A stretch of DNA of 63,461 bases, filler included, from Octopus bimaculoides (GCF_001194135.2; 7 parts of 7 records of this genome joined end to end with filler, not necessarily neighbours in it); one strand, 5' to 3'; counted from the first letter of the whole stretch, positions 1 to 14,064 are shown. Program-made: numbers and translations. The notes: generated from the letters alone by a model not told the origin.

Positions 1-43
<43 letters not shown>

Positions 44-1051
44 CCACAATGTAACAGAAGCCACTTGATGAAAAGTTGGAGAAAATGGATTTTGAAATTT
101 AAAATTGTTCCCAGCAGGTTGAAGCTGAAATATTTACTATTTCTGACCGTTAAGTGTCTTGTTATCATTCTCTATTTCAATATTGCAATAGCTCTGATTT
201 GACTATATTAGCTGAGTTGAAATTATTTTGTTATTGGTACGTCACTTTATATCTTAGGGGGATCCTCATTACATTAGTTTCGTAGACTCTTTCTGAGATA
301 ATTTTATCCGATTTATTTACTGATATTTACAGATCATCCTGAATAAAATAACAAGCTACTCTAATAATTGTTGTGTAGCTATTCGATACTGGAGAGTATT
401 GAAAGTACATGATCAATAGTTTCATGAACATGTTTACATAGTAACAACAGCAAAAACATTAATACGTTAATGAATTAATCCAAGACATTTTATAGTAAAC
501 CTGAATGTTTGCGTTAAAGCTAATATTTGTTGTCTAAAGTAATATTGACTCAATCAAATTTATCAAGCTAAACAGATACCACCCATTAGATGAACTCAGT
601 ACTAATACATTGCTTTATTCATTTAATTCCTGACATATTTATTCGTGCATATCATTAATACTTACAGAAACTTCAGCGAGTGCTACTTAGTAACGGATAA
701 GCTCATAGAAACGAAGTGTGAAACTGTGATTCAGTTCTTGCTCGAACGCACGCCTACTTTACTTACGCAGTTAAAATTTTGGAAAGAAGACACGAATTGA
801 CAAAAATATGGTTTATGATAGGCCAAAACTGAAATGCAGTTTTAATCACTGGCTAATTTTTGTATATATTCAAAACAAAAATATATAGAGATATGAACAT
901 GGTAGGAGAAACTATAACTATCTGTGGTCCTTGGATGTAACTATTTCTTTTCCTTCTTGCTTCTATATTTCCTATGGGTAGATATAAACGATGCAATATC
1001 ATTTTACTGCGTTATAAACGTATGACATTTTTACTAATTATTACTAACTTA

Positions 1052-1221
1052 AATATAATCGATATATATATAATCATTAAGCTAAAACAATTGTTTATCG
1101 GTCATGGCATCTAGGTCTTTCTGTAAAAGATTGGCTTTCATATACACATAATTAAATATTTTAATTTTGACCGGCAAACAATCGTTTTAGCTTAATGATT
1201 ATATATATATATCGATTATAT
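1052..1221. repeat. Foldback inverted repeat (~52-bp arms, ~63-bp spacer)
   Basis: 1053-1104 is the reverse complement of 1168-1221 with about 3 mismatches and a TA-length difference. Confidence 0.85.
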
Positions 1222-4144
1222 ATTAACACATTATAGCCTCATCTCGTTAAACAAATAATCATCAGATTTTACAGCAGTACTAGCCACATTTTTGTTCTTA
1301 CAGTAACGAAAGGAGTGTCCATATACATCACATTGTCTGAAAAAAGGTTGCACCTTCATTTTCTCGAAAAGGACCAATGGATCAGAAACAGTTCACATCC
1401 TCTTCAGAGGTTCGTTACCTGGGGAGTTTTCTGTGATAAGTTGGTTCTTATTCGCCTTAAAACTTTATTGCAGCCTTCCATTCCACTTTCATCTAAGTTC
1501 CCGAGTCTTTTACCAGTGTTTAATTTAACCAGTTCCTAGAAGTAACGTAGAACTTTACGTAACGTCGGAGTGATACTAATCCAGAGTCCACCTATAAGCT
1601 GATTGTGGACTTGAGGAACATTTTCAAGAAGGAAAATGTTATGATCTGTGCAAAAGTTCTTGTACCTCTCTACGTCAACTTCTTACATGGAGGAGAGCAC
1701 ACGCAAGATCACAGATAGAGATTATATAAGAACAATAACAATTGATTTTAGATCACTTCATAGCCTTAGTAAGGAGGTGTAACAGGTTTGGTATGTTATT
1801 TTAGATTTAGGGGGGGAAATAGATAGGCTTTGAGATCCTGGTGAAATTCACCCTCAAAACACGAAAACTCAAATTGTCATAAAATATCTTTGGATTGAGC
1901 TTTTCACTTAACTTTTTTATCATATTTTCTTTCTACTTTACGTATATGCACTTATTTGAGCAATTTAGTGTGAATGAATTTTTAATAAATGTTCACCCCC
2001 TCAGCCGCTGTATCCTAAGCTTATAAATTAGCTTTGAGATATTAATCTTTAATTTCTTGAAATTGTCTGCAAGTGTTGCATAAGTATGTTTGCGCTGAAT
2101 GGCTATATTTGTATACGTTTCATAAATAGGAGACAGAAGCACTCTTAAGACGTATATTAACCTATAAATTGGTATTGAATGGGACTAGGTTGTCATGTTG
2201 CCCTTGCAAGATGTCTTCAAAGCCCCTATTCATGAAATATGTACAAATTCGATAGAGGGAGTGACTTTACTCGTGGATAAGCTCTATCCACGCACCTCAG
2301 ACAGTGATGAGAGGGGTTGTAGATGTTCGTGTTGCTGTTTTTATTGTTGTGTTATATTTAGTCAGCCCTAATCAAGCAGATCTACAGTTTAAGACATCCG
2401 AGCTATGACCATCAAGCTTTTGCTTAAGGCATATTATATCCAGGACTATTATGTTATGTTTCTTTCTTTTAAAAAAACATCAGGCTGTGATTTGAGGGAG
2501 ACTTGGTTGATTCTTTAAGTAGCTAGATACTAGAGGGTGTAGACATATTTACATGTGTAGTTCAATGTGACAGAAAATAAGTGGTTAATGTAAATAGGAG
2601 AGAAGTAATGACTGATCCCTTGAGAGATCCTGGAATAAGGAGAGTGGCTTGTCAGAAAAAATATTATTATTATATGCTGCAGCAGTGATATAGCAACGGA
2701 TATTTTCTCAATGGAAAAGTAGACTCAGTATCAATAAAATATGTGGAAATATTGCTATACAATGGATATAGGTGGATATGTAGTAATAATGCTGATATTC
2801 GTTATAGTAACTGTAGAAGAGGCATCGAGAGAATACATTATAAGGCGATCGATTAGACTTATGAAGATTTTTCGATAAGGGAGGCAATTATCAATCAGGC
2901 AGAAAATTTAGCTATCCATCAGCGATTAATGGAAATTAATCTTAATTACGAAAAAATAATTAAAAAAACTATTAAACATTACTGAGGAAACCATTATCTC
3001 TGCACCAATATATGCATAAATCACAACTAGCCAAAGAGGAAACCTCTAAATAATTGCAAGACATGCTAGATATAGTTGTAAATTTCCCTCAAATCCCACC
3101 TTCTCGTCTTAAATATTGGAGAGACACATTAGGGAACATAACCTTAGTTACCCTAAAAGAAAAAGGGATGGTTACAGTCGAGATATTTTTGCTCATGGTC
3201 TGCTTGATCATAGCTGACTCGGACCTATTCGACATTAACAACATTCCAATAAATGATATCAAAATAAATACTCTATTTCTAAAGAATTTTCCAGAACAAA
3301 GCGGATCTCAACAGTATTTTCCTGCATCAAACACAAATTTTACCAAAGAAAATCTTGTCAAGACCCAATACCATCGAGGTATGGCGGATATTTTGCTGCA
3401 GAAGAGCAGGTAATGGCTACATTTGTTAAATATATCCCTGTTATAGACAATAAACTGTCTCCTTCAATCAGACATTTATCTCTTTTAATTTATGTTTGTT
3501 GTTGTTTTGTTTTTCGAAAATTAAAATTATAAAGAGATAATATTTCAACCACAAACCTTTAATTACGTGTGTAGAATATATTTCAAACTTTCTTCTCGCT
3601 ACAACGGAACATTCATGTAGTCAACCGACATTCTAGAAATAACCGCCAAATATCCTTTAAGTTTACACAGTAGTGTCTTACAAAGGAAGGTCACAATAGA
3701 TAATATAGATCTAGATGCACTATGCTTTAAACATTGCGATACTCACAACAAGAAAGCCTTTGGTTATAGGTCTACTTTAATAAAAGAACAAAAAAAAAGA
3801 ACTGTGAGTGTATTTCAAAGGAATTCAAGTGATGCTGACCGAAGCAGCATAAAAGCAATTACAATGAAATGGTCTTGATTCTTGAAGTCTATGTCTGCCT
3901 CCTACAAAGACCAGAGTAGAAGAGCTAAAAACCTCTGGTGAGCCTAAAATGGAAGTTTCAATAGGTTATACTAATTTTCCTTTATTTACGTTGCCCAGAG
4001 TTTTGATATTTGCCATTAAAATAATTGTTTCTAAATAAAACACGTTTCAAAATAAATGAAACACTTATTTCTAAATAAAAATGTTTTCACATAATTTGTC
4101 TTCGGTCGACTTATTTTACTAATAATTACACTATTACCTTCTAG

Positions 4145-4229
4145 TGAAACGATAGAAGAAGAAACGAGCAAACAGAATGTTGGAAGAATTGAAAAGTTCG
4201 AAGAATATTGCAGAGAAGATAAAGAAAAG
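4145..4229 (+). CDS. EVC2/limbin-like coiled-coil gene, exon a (ETIEEETSKQNVGRIEKFEEYCREDKEK)
   Basis: Acceptor ttaccttctAG, donor AAG|GTatga, open frame; ends in phase 0, matching the next exon. Confidence 0.7.
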
Positions 4230-6985
4230 GTATGAGCTACTTAACAGTTTAAAAGCTGCCTATAAATAAATATAGGGTGAATAAAAGGTGATATTTGTCA
4301 GTGACTAATATCATTTTCCTATCATTTACCCGAAAAGTACAGGGAGCATCTCTGGACATGTTTCGTTTTTACTCTGACCTCATCCACGAGCGAAGAACAA
4401 ACTTCACTATATTCGCTGAAGTAGTAAAGAAATAAATACAGTATTGAACATATGTTGGTGTAAGAAAAGAAAATTGCGGAATTCAATAATTCAAAGTAAA
4501 GTTATAACCTAGAATCCTTATTAGTTGTCATCACAAATAAGATATTATAAGAGAAGTCTTTCATACGGTAAGGTTATTTTTTATGTATTGCATACACATT
4601 TAAATCAGAACTATGTCGTTGGGAAATGTGAGTTATATAAAGATTTTTCTAATTCAATTTCTTACGGAACTCTTTTGATCTTTATTTTTCATTTCAGATC
4701 ACATGAATAACGGGGCTGATTCTTGATAGCTTCGAACAACAAAATTATTGTACACTGAATATAGTAATATAGTCTTACTAAAGAACGTATAAATGTATTT
4801 TTCATGAGAGGTTTGTGATGTTGAGGTCAAGCAATTCGAAACAAGTGCAACACTGAGCTTTCATAGTCTTCAGATAAGAGATATATATTTGCTTCTTTTG
4901 ACTAAATACAAAATTCATCATTAGTGTTGGAAAGAGGATATTTGTGGCGTAAGTGAAGTGGCTTCAATCAGAAATCGAATCTGGTTTTAGGATTCGGCTT
5001 ATTTTTGTTCTGTGTTGCTAGAAGGGAAATAGTAAATAATGTTTGTTTTCTTGGCTATGTATGTTATCGTCCACATCTCCGGATTCTCAATGTAGTGGAG
5101 TCATTGATCAGGAATCGATATCAATTTGCTCAATAGTCAATTCAATTTGAAACAAATACAAAAGAACATCATCTTATACATTTGCTGAAAGTCTTCATAA
5201 TATCCTTCTTCGTAAACATTTCGTAAATATCAACGTCGTAAAGTTCTTAAACCTAGGAAAGTTCTCGCTAATTCAATGATTAAAATATGATATCAGTAAA
5301 CAATTTCAAGAAGCTAAGAAGTTATATGTTCGTTAATACATCCTACTCGTTACAGAGATGAATAGAAGATGACATAAGTTTCTTCTTTGAGTGAAGTCAG
5401 ATATTAGTGATCTTTCCCAGCAAATCAAAAGTAATGAGGTCTGTTTGTATTTTCTTTTCAGCGAATTCAAAAGAAACTCCTTTAATCGACATGTTTATGA
5501 TGATTTAATTTCTACTGACAGATAAATAGTTAATTGGTTCTCTTTCATCTGTATGGAACGTTATATTCTACAAAGACATCTGTAATATAGTAATTAATCT
5601 ATGTATTATGATTGTCGTAAAATATAGCTTATTTAGAAATTGGTAATTGTTTCTTTCGGTCTGTACCTCTTAAATAGAAATTTCTAACTAATCCGAAATT
5701 TTCAACTACGGTAATTCTGATTAATTTAAAGGGGTCTTGGACTATTTATGTCCATTGCCAAGATATTCAGTCTTAGCAGGTTCGGTTTGCACAGCTGTAT
5801 ATAGAGTCTACGTTTATTTCTAACTTACTCTGAAAGCGGTTGGGCTTCTGCTTTCCTGAAGGATTTGTTGTTAAGAGAATTATTGGAAGAACTCGATAAA
5901 TCCAACTACAGCGAATAATAAAGAATCTAATGTTTCAGCTCCAATATCTTCATCTAAGACTGAATAAAAGAGAGTTTACGCTTTGGTTATTGGCAAATTA
6001 GACAACTAAGTCTTGTATAAAGAGCTTTAAACTAGATACAGTGAGAGAAAAAGGTTGCACTATACGGTAAGATCAGGCTATTTTACCAAGCTCAGGTGTT
6101 ATAACTTGTAGTGTGGTGATCTTCATTAGGATGACTTATGATTGATAAACAATATGGAGTTGAATAACGCATTAGTGTCCCTACAGTGCAATAGATTATC
6201 GGTTCACCTGCAATTCTGACAACTAAAATATCTTATTTTATTTAATTATTTAAAGTTACGGTGCTGCATCTTGAGCCTGTTTTGATTACCTTCAGAAGAT
6301 CAAAGTTCGAATAGAATGCACCTTGTTCAGAGAGAAAGTATTTAATACTATATATGAATATAAAACGTTTTGGAGTGTGTCGTATAATTTATAATTCGAT
6401 TGTATATTTATTTCAAATGAAAAATATAAATTGCCACGTCGGGAGATTTAAAGCAAATAATTACTTTAAAGAATTATTGGTTTCAGAGAAAGGGATATCG
6501 TGTTGTTTAGCTCTTTAAAAACAGGAAGACATGATTTATATGACTTATGACACTAGCAACGCAAATGAAAATTTATCTACAAACTGAAACTCAGCTTCAG
6601 TTAACAAAGAACGGTTCCTAGGGATATCATGGAAATGAGTAAATTACTGATATTCCTGCTAATGAATCGAAATTAACTTGCAGGGTCTGCTTACTGCGAG
6701 CTGCTTCTTTTGGATTCTCATCATTAAATGGTTTAATATAATGATTTACATAATACAGAGTGTAAGAGAAAGGAGCTCCAAGCTATCAAGCAGCTTGATT
6801 TCCATTTCTGGTGCGGTCATATTACTTCTTGCAAAGACCATTAATGTCTATGAGATAAGTATAAGTGATGGAAAACAACTGTCACTATAAACAACTGTTC
6901 ACTTTAAATCTGATGAATGCTTGTCTGATCAAAACAATTTCTTTTTTAAATCATCGAATAAACAGTTCTTTTTATTTCCTTTCAG

Positions 6986-7141
6986 ATGATGATGATATGC
7001 TTGCAAAAGTTACTGGCAACAGAACAACAAAATGGTCAACTTCCGGGTCAATTCTCTGTAGACTATTTCATAACAGAAATAAACAATAACATTCAGAATA
7101 TCAAGACACAAAGTCAAATGAGAGACATTGATGATAAAATA
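6986..7141 (+). CDS. EVC2/limbin-like gene, exon b (MMMICLQKLL...DIDDKI)
   Basis: Strong tttatttcctttcAG acceptor and GTAAGT donor; 156 nt, phase 0/0, within ORF 6986..7186. Confidence 0.8.
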
Positions 7142-8113
7142 GTAAGTACCAGTAACAATAACATTTTCCTACACTTATTTCTCTGAACAAGATATGTATT
7201 CTTGTTTTTATCACCATTCTAATTTTACCTTATCATTTCGAGTCAACGCTAAAACCGTTACGTAAATTCTGCAGCTGCTAGAAGCCAAAATACCTTCAAA
7301 TTACATCCTATCATAGAATGTATTGTATAGTTTTGTCCTCGGCACATTACGCTTGGAAAAAACAAGATTTTTTATGAATTTGGAACGAGCTGTCCTTTGA
7401 TCATAGCACTGGTCGTCAAGGCTGATTTAGAGATAAACAATAACAACCCTGCCAATTCCATATCTCTGATCTTAAGGAATTCATTAGATATAAGCAATAC
7501 CATTTCTTTTGGATAAAATTATGAACAATAATTGTGAAACAAATAGTACTTGTAACGAACACCTACTCCAAGAAAATAGACATACCAAAATATGCCACAT
7601 CTTAGAATATAGACTCGTTTAAAATCTAATGTCCCAGAGTTTAGTCTATTTAACATCTACTTCCCCAGACTATAATCCCATCCAGCATATAATTTCCATA
7701 ATCTCACTCTTCTAACATGTTGTGTTCTATAATATACTTCAGCTCAACATATGTTCTATGATATACTTCTATTCAACATGTAACTTCTCATAATATAGTA
7801 TCTCCCTTACAACATGTATTGTTCCGTAATATAGTCTTACCCAATTGAAATATCCGAGAAGATACTCCTACCCGTCGTGTAATGTCCTAGAATTTAATCA
7901 ACCCACCCGACATTGAATCTTCCAGAACATAATTCCACGCACCATACAATGTTCCGTAATGATTATATCATATAGGCATCGCCTTCAGCCGAGAATAGCT
8001 CAACATTATGGAAGTGTTTGAACTCAGAACTCCTAGTTGGCAAAACAGTCGTCAATAACATAGTACGCTCACTGGTAACTGTACCTTCTTATGGTACCTG
8101 TTAACAACTAGAG

Positions 8114-8867
8114 CAGTGGTTCCCAAACTTTTTAGAGACGCAACCCACTATTTATGACACCAGTTTATGGCGACCCACTTAACTCTACTGGGTAAAAACA
8201 TTAATGAAAGAAACAAATTTATTTCAGATTACATTTTCATTGAGGTCTGTGAGAAGGATGAGCCTGTTTCTTGCTACACTCAATAATAGAATTAACATCA
8301 GGTTCAATGCGTGATAGTTTCTATAGACTCTATTGATCCATCTACCGTCTAGCTGCTGTCTATTCCAATCATTTCATTGGCTGGTGATCACTCCGATACT
8401 TTTTTGAATAATTTATAAACTTATTAGTGAAATCCATACTGTCTTATTTATTTAAATGCTTTACTATTTATATTAAATGTGAAACAAAACATTTTATAAC
8501 TGTTTCAACGTCTCCATACCCTATGGGCAGGTATTAACTCTAATATAAAACCTCGAAGCAATAACTGTTATCGGCTCGATTAGTGTTGTACTGCGCCTAG
8601 TTAAAGTTTTCTATAAATAGGTAAAAACAGACTTTTCCTTTTTACGATTACGTACGAATAAATAACTTGAGAAAATGACCACCTCTGATTTGTTAAGTTC
8701 GTGAAAAAAGCCTACTGCTTGATAAAACAACCAGTCTGGTATTGAAAACATGAGTCTTGAACTATCTCGATAGACAGCTTATGCGTAATTTTATAACTTT
8801 TTGCGACCCACTAGGATTCCGTTCGCGACCCACCAGTGGGTCGCGACTCATAGTTTAGGAACCACTG
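8114..8867. mobile_element. Non-autonomous hAT (Charlie-like) element
   Basis: TIRs CAGTGGTTCCCAAAC and GTTTAGGAACCACTG; perfect 8-bp duplication AACTAGAG (8106-8113, 8868-8875); subterminal GCGACCCAC repeats. Confidence 0.92.
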
Positions 8868-9276
8868 AACTAGAGTACCCGGGTTGGTAAGATCAGTGTT
8901 TATTTCATTTTGTTTTGTTTTTGATTTTCGTTTTTGCTATGGAGAAGCACATCACCGATGATGAAATGCGAACTATCATAGAAACGTTCTTCGTTCAGTG
9001 ACTACTACCACCTTACTGCTTGGCTAGTATCAGCTCTCCTTCTAACTCACAATACACTCTGAACAGACTCAAAAGAAAAGCAAATATATTTTGTTCTCTT
9101 CTTACTACTCTTCATTTGTATCATCCATCATCTTTTTCTTTCTATTATCTCATGTTTTATTTTTCTTCTTTCATTTGTATCATTTATCATCTGTTTATTT
9201 CTTTTGTTTCGTGATACTTTCCATTTCTATCATTCATCATCTGTTTCTGTTTTGTTTTTTGTTTTTTTCCTTTTAG

Positions 9277-9363
9277 CATACAGAACGGGAGAAAATGTTC
9301 AGGAACGATAAGGATGAATTCTACCTAGAATTTGAACAAAAAAGAGCTTCTAAGAAAATTGCG
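9277..9363 (+). CDS. EVC2/limbin-like gene, exon c (HTEREKMFRNDKDEFYLEFEQKRASKKIA)
   Basis: Long polypyrimidine tract plus AG, GTaaca donor; 87 nt, phase 0/0. Confidence 0.8.
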
Positions 9364-11009
9364 GTAACATTCAATTCTGTTTTAACGAGATTTTCTTCCA
9401 TACTTTCGAACAAGAATATTCTAATGAATTAATTAACTTCTATTGAAAATATGCATAGACTTATAGATAAGCCTTAAAAAAAGCAAAATTATTTATGATG
9501 AAATGATGGTAAAACCTCCTGTGGTTAGCTCCGTAAATTATCTAGTACGTATCACAGTGCATCGGTGCATCTTTGAGAGAGAGACAATAACACCAGCGAT
9601 GGATACGTGCTGTCATGTCGCCAACATCAACCCAGTGTGTCGGAGCTGTTATGAAGCTGAAATGCTTGAAACGGAGAATGAATTTTCGCACTAATACCTA
9701 AACATTTTGTTGGATTTTTAACTTGTAAAAAGATAGTTATTCGGTTAGAAATCATAACCATAGGTTATGGAAGCTCATACTCACTAACGCTCTCAAACTA
9801 GTTGACAACCCTCAAGTCGTTCCTATTTGGTCTCTTCTAGAGAAATTACAAGTATCAAAGTATTCACTTTATCCAATCTTTTTACTTAAAGATTGCAATT
9901 TACTGGAATTAATTTCCTGTTCAGAAGTTATCCTTCAACATTCTGCTCTAAAATCACCAAATCTTCAGGGTTTGTAGGAGCTTAGATTATATGATAGGTA
10001 CTATCTTTCCTCCCAACACCAAAGAATAAAATTAATATTTCAAAATGTTCAGAAATCTTTCAATTGTTATCTTCTTAAACCCTTAGCAGAAAGTAGATAA
10101 AAGTTTTATATGTTTATCGATTCTAAATTGAGTGTTGAAAGATAGCAAAAGGGAAATATAGCAGGACATTTATATATTTTTGTCTTGGGCCAGAGATGGA
10201 AATGGTAAAAATGAAATTCATGAAATAATTTTTCATGAGAGGTTCGTAAATGGTCAGATTTTGAGAAGACACACTTTACAGATCCCTTTTATGTTAATCT
10301 TAAGCAAGCCTTTGGCTTGACATGCTTTCTTTTACTCGATATGTACGGCAATTTAGTTGTAGCTAACCCAGTCAACTAACTGGTCGATTCTATATCAGAA
10401 ACAATGTAAGATGGAGGTAGAAAGTTTGAAAAACCGTTTTCTAGGATTCCTTACAAATTTATATTATCAGTTATAAACTATACACCAAGCAAATATTGTC
10501 AAGAATACAATTCCAACAGTGTGGATGAAATATCAGATGCCGTAGAACACCAAACTGCATGCTTCACTATAACTAGTTGGTTTATCTGTTGTTCTGAGTT
10601 CAAATACTGTGGGAAGCTTCTAGACCCTTCCTTTCTACCAGCATCAACGAATTAAGTTTTATGTTATACTGAGCTGTGTTCAGTGTTATACCGGGCTTTA
10701 GTCAATCATATATACACAAAATAAACTGAACTCAAGCAATGAAAGGTATCAGTTAAACTTGCTGTGCAACTCTATGTGCAACTCTATTATCGAAGGAGAA
10801 AACATGTTAGAGATTGGCAACAAAATAGAATCAGCATGGCTAATAATGAAGGAACTAATACATGGTCACTCAAGCGGCTGGAAGTAGCAGCCAATTTCAC
10901 TTAACTCACAGCCTTTCTTCCATCTTTAAAAAAAAAAGGTAGGACAGATTAGAAAATGTAATACTAGAAGTACAAAACAATAGCATGACCGATGCTGGAA
11001 CAACTTTGA

Positions 11010-11500
11010 TTATGAGCTAGCTTAATAAGAACTGATCTGTACTCCCTAGAACGAAGGCGAGAAAGATATGCTGTGATATAAATCTCGAAAATCCTGGAAG
11101 GACTTGTACCAAATGTTGGCATTGAAAGTTTCACAAGCACCAAAACGGAGTGTCACTGCATAGTCCCAATGATCCCAACATCGCCATCAACATACAAGAC
11201 CAGATACTGCTATATATTGGGTTTCAAGGGATTGCAGCTTTTCAATATCCTCCCAAAAAAGTCTGAGAGGAGTAGATGAGGTAGACGTAGGTATATTCAA
11301 AACAAAACTGAATTTCTTCCTATTAAGAGTTCCCGATGAACCTACCTCGCGGTAAGAAACGCAAATGAAGGCAGCAACATTGAATTCATTCACTAGCTGC
11401 CACATATCAGAGGAGATTTTCCTGTAATGAAAGTATAGCAAAATAAACGGCGGTTCCCCAGCTGAGCCACAGCTCTCGAGCTGAATCTAGCAAAAGAGTA
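11010..11500 (+). mobile_element. CR1-type LINE 3' fragment
   Basis: Translates to LYSLERRRERYAVI*ISKILEGLVPN...GFKGLQLFNILP, typical of the CR1 ORF2 C-terminus; degraded. Confidence 0.75.
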
Positions 11501-13084
11501 TGAATTAGCGCTAAGCATGCTGTTATACTTACTATGTAATTTTTGTTGTCAGATAACCTGAGGAAAAAACTTAGTAAATTAAAGTCTTAAAATGTCACCT
11601 AGTAATAGGAACCCAACAGGGTTGTCACCAAATAAAAGGAACTCAACAGAGACTTAATTGAAGCAGTATAAACAAAGGAGGAGAGAACTGCTTACTCAGA
11701 GCAAAATAGGCAACGAGAGTAATGTTTGATGTAAGAAAAATACATTGCAAGATGGAAATAGTTTATGAGAAGTGAGTAGTCATGGCAACTGGACTTCTAA
11801 TGAAATTAACAAATGATATTTTTCTTTCCCCAGACAATCTCATACGATGGAGAAAGTATGGAAATGAGAGAATATAACGCAGTGAACCAAACTAGCCGTT
11901 ATATTCTTTCTGTCTGAATTCTTAGTGTCTGTTATGGTACAAATATTTAAGTCAAACTAATGACTGAGCTATTATTCCAAACTCTCCTTTAAATTCCACC
12001 CCAACGTTTAAAATGGATGGACACATTATATAATGTATTCCTTCATACATAATATCTAAATGAAACTACGGAATAGTTTCAACTGCAACGCCTTGATTAT
12101 GGATCTACTCGGTCATAGCTAACCCGAAACCAAAGAACAATATTAACACGATGTTGTGAGTGATTTTGAATACCCGTCAGTTGGCAAGGAAAGTGACAGT
12201 TATGAAGTAGCCACCAGTATTTAATCTAGAAGGAAGAACGAAAGTAATTAAACCGTATCTTTGAGTACAGGTGATAAATTAAACGTGATGAGGAACGTGA
12301 AAAATGGTGGCAGAAATAAATATTTCCCTTTTTCTTTCCTAGTCTAAGGACTATCCAACAAATAGTTGTGAGGACAGATAATGATGATGCTATAAACCTA
12401 TTAGAGCCTACTCCTCTTGGCGATTGAAAATATATGCTTCATTAATAACTGACTGATGCATGAAGAGAGAGAGTGGCTTTAGCCCAGAATACTATTTAGC
12501 GAGTAAGAAATGAAGTGGTACGGTCATATAGCACGATGCCATAACACTCCACGTGGATAAACCCCCTGTAAAAGAGATGCAGGAAGACAACAAACGGGAG
12601 GGTTGAGCAACATCAAGGAATGAAGATGGTGGAAAACATGAGGCTAGTTGATGATTGGAAAAGATGGAGGAAAATTTCGATTCTTGCTATACCAACAACT
12701 TCTCTAGGCTATAAATTTTCATTGATTGAATATTTATTACCTCACGACCAGTTGTCATAGTTATATATTGGTCGTTAGCAAGTAAACATGAAACACAGCA
12801 AGTTTGGATTTGCCACTGCACAGCTAATGAATTGATTACTGATCTCCAACAGAGAACAGATAAAAGCTTCGTATTTAATCTGACTGGAATATATCACTCA
12901 AGCGGTAAAATAAAGTTTAAGTAACAAAATCAGGTTACCTAGCTCTTTTGAAATTTCTTTAATAAAGGCTCTCGCAGCAACAGAGTGCAAATTTAACAAT
13001 AGAGGGAACTCACGTTCATAATTCCTGCTGATAACCCTCTAAAGCAGATACAGTTATTTTTTATGTATTATTATGGAGGAAGGG

Positions 13085-13473
13085 TGGAGGCGCAATGGTC
13101 CAGTGGTTAGGGCAGCGGACTCGCGGTCGTAGGTCACAGTTTCGATTCCCAGACCGGGCGTTGTGAGTGTTTATTGAGCGAAAACACCTAAAGCTCCACG
13201 AGGCTCCGGCAGAGGATGGTGGCGAACCCTGCTGTACTCTTTCACCACAACTTTCTCTCGCTCTTACTTCCTGTTTCTGTTGTGCCTGTAATCCAAAGTG
13301 TCAGCCTTGTCACACTGTGTCACGCTGAATATCCCCGAGAACTACGTTAAGGGTACACGTGTCTGTGGAGTGCTCAGCCACTTGCACGTTAATTTCATGA
13401 GCAGGCTGTTCCGTTGATCGGATCAACTGGAACCCTCGACGTCGTAAGCGACGGAGTGTCAACAAAAAAAAAT
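13085..13473 (+). mobile_element. Full-length tRNA(Arg)-derived SINE with 14-bp target-site duplication
   Basis: A box TGGTCCAGTGG (13096-13106), TCG anticodon-like loop, B box GTTTCGATTCC (13139-13149), CAA/poly-A tail; duplication TTATGGAGGAAGGG at 13071-13084 and 13474-13487. Confidence 0.88.
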
Positions 13474-14064
13474 TTATGGAGGAAGGGCGGCGCCTATGAT
13501 CCTCTTCAGTGCCTCCGAGAGTGACAGAGGAGAGGTAAGAAGAAAGTTACCTTCAGATTGAATACCTGGCCTGAATGTCTTCCATAGACTAGACTCTGCT
13601 AAAGGCACTCAGTGTTCATGTGTTGGTGTTAAAGCGGGTGACGATTAAATCTACGGTCTTATGGCGCTAAGTAACTCAAAAATGGCACACTTCTCTTATA
13701 AAACTAGAAATTGCAATAATCATACATCATAACTTTTTTTCTCAGATGAATTGTTTGTACTGTTGTTTGTTTCAATACCTTGGGTGCGTTGCTGATATTA
13801 TATTTCAATTAGGTGATCGGTATTCTCGCCAATCATCTTGAAGAGTTATTCTTAAGCTCTTTCAGCGATAGAGCCTAGAGCCTATAATTAACTACCATGT
13901 AACAAAAATACATTGGTGAGAACATCAGACCCAGTAGTTAAAATGTGCCAGTTAAAGCACTATCAGCAACACATTGATGATGGAGATAATATTCAGAAAA
14001 CCAACATCCTATGTTAAAACTATTCAGATATAGAGGACCAATTTTGTTTTTCTATTTGTTTCAG

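Noticed and set aside
1315-1539. 74-aa ORF as a candidate upstream exon (phase 2 donor at ~1411 would fit exon a)
   Set aside because: Weak donor, peptide unlike the rest of the protein, and surrounding sequence looks like LINE debris (a YLG-like motif).
3054-3413. 119-aa ORF with no splice-compatible link to the EVC2-like exons
   Set aside because: TTG start, no recognisable motif and no good splice sites; more likely chance or the antisense of a decayed LINE.
4699-4775. Good tttcAG acceptor between exons a and b
   Set aside because: Stops in all three frames within 30 nt.
13085-13160. tRNA-Arg(TCG)-like sequence
   Set aside because: No acceptor stem closure; it continues into a 300-bp body with a tail and target duplication, so it is a SINE head, not a tRNA gene.
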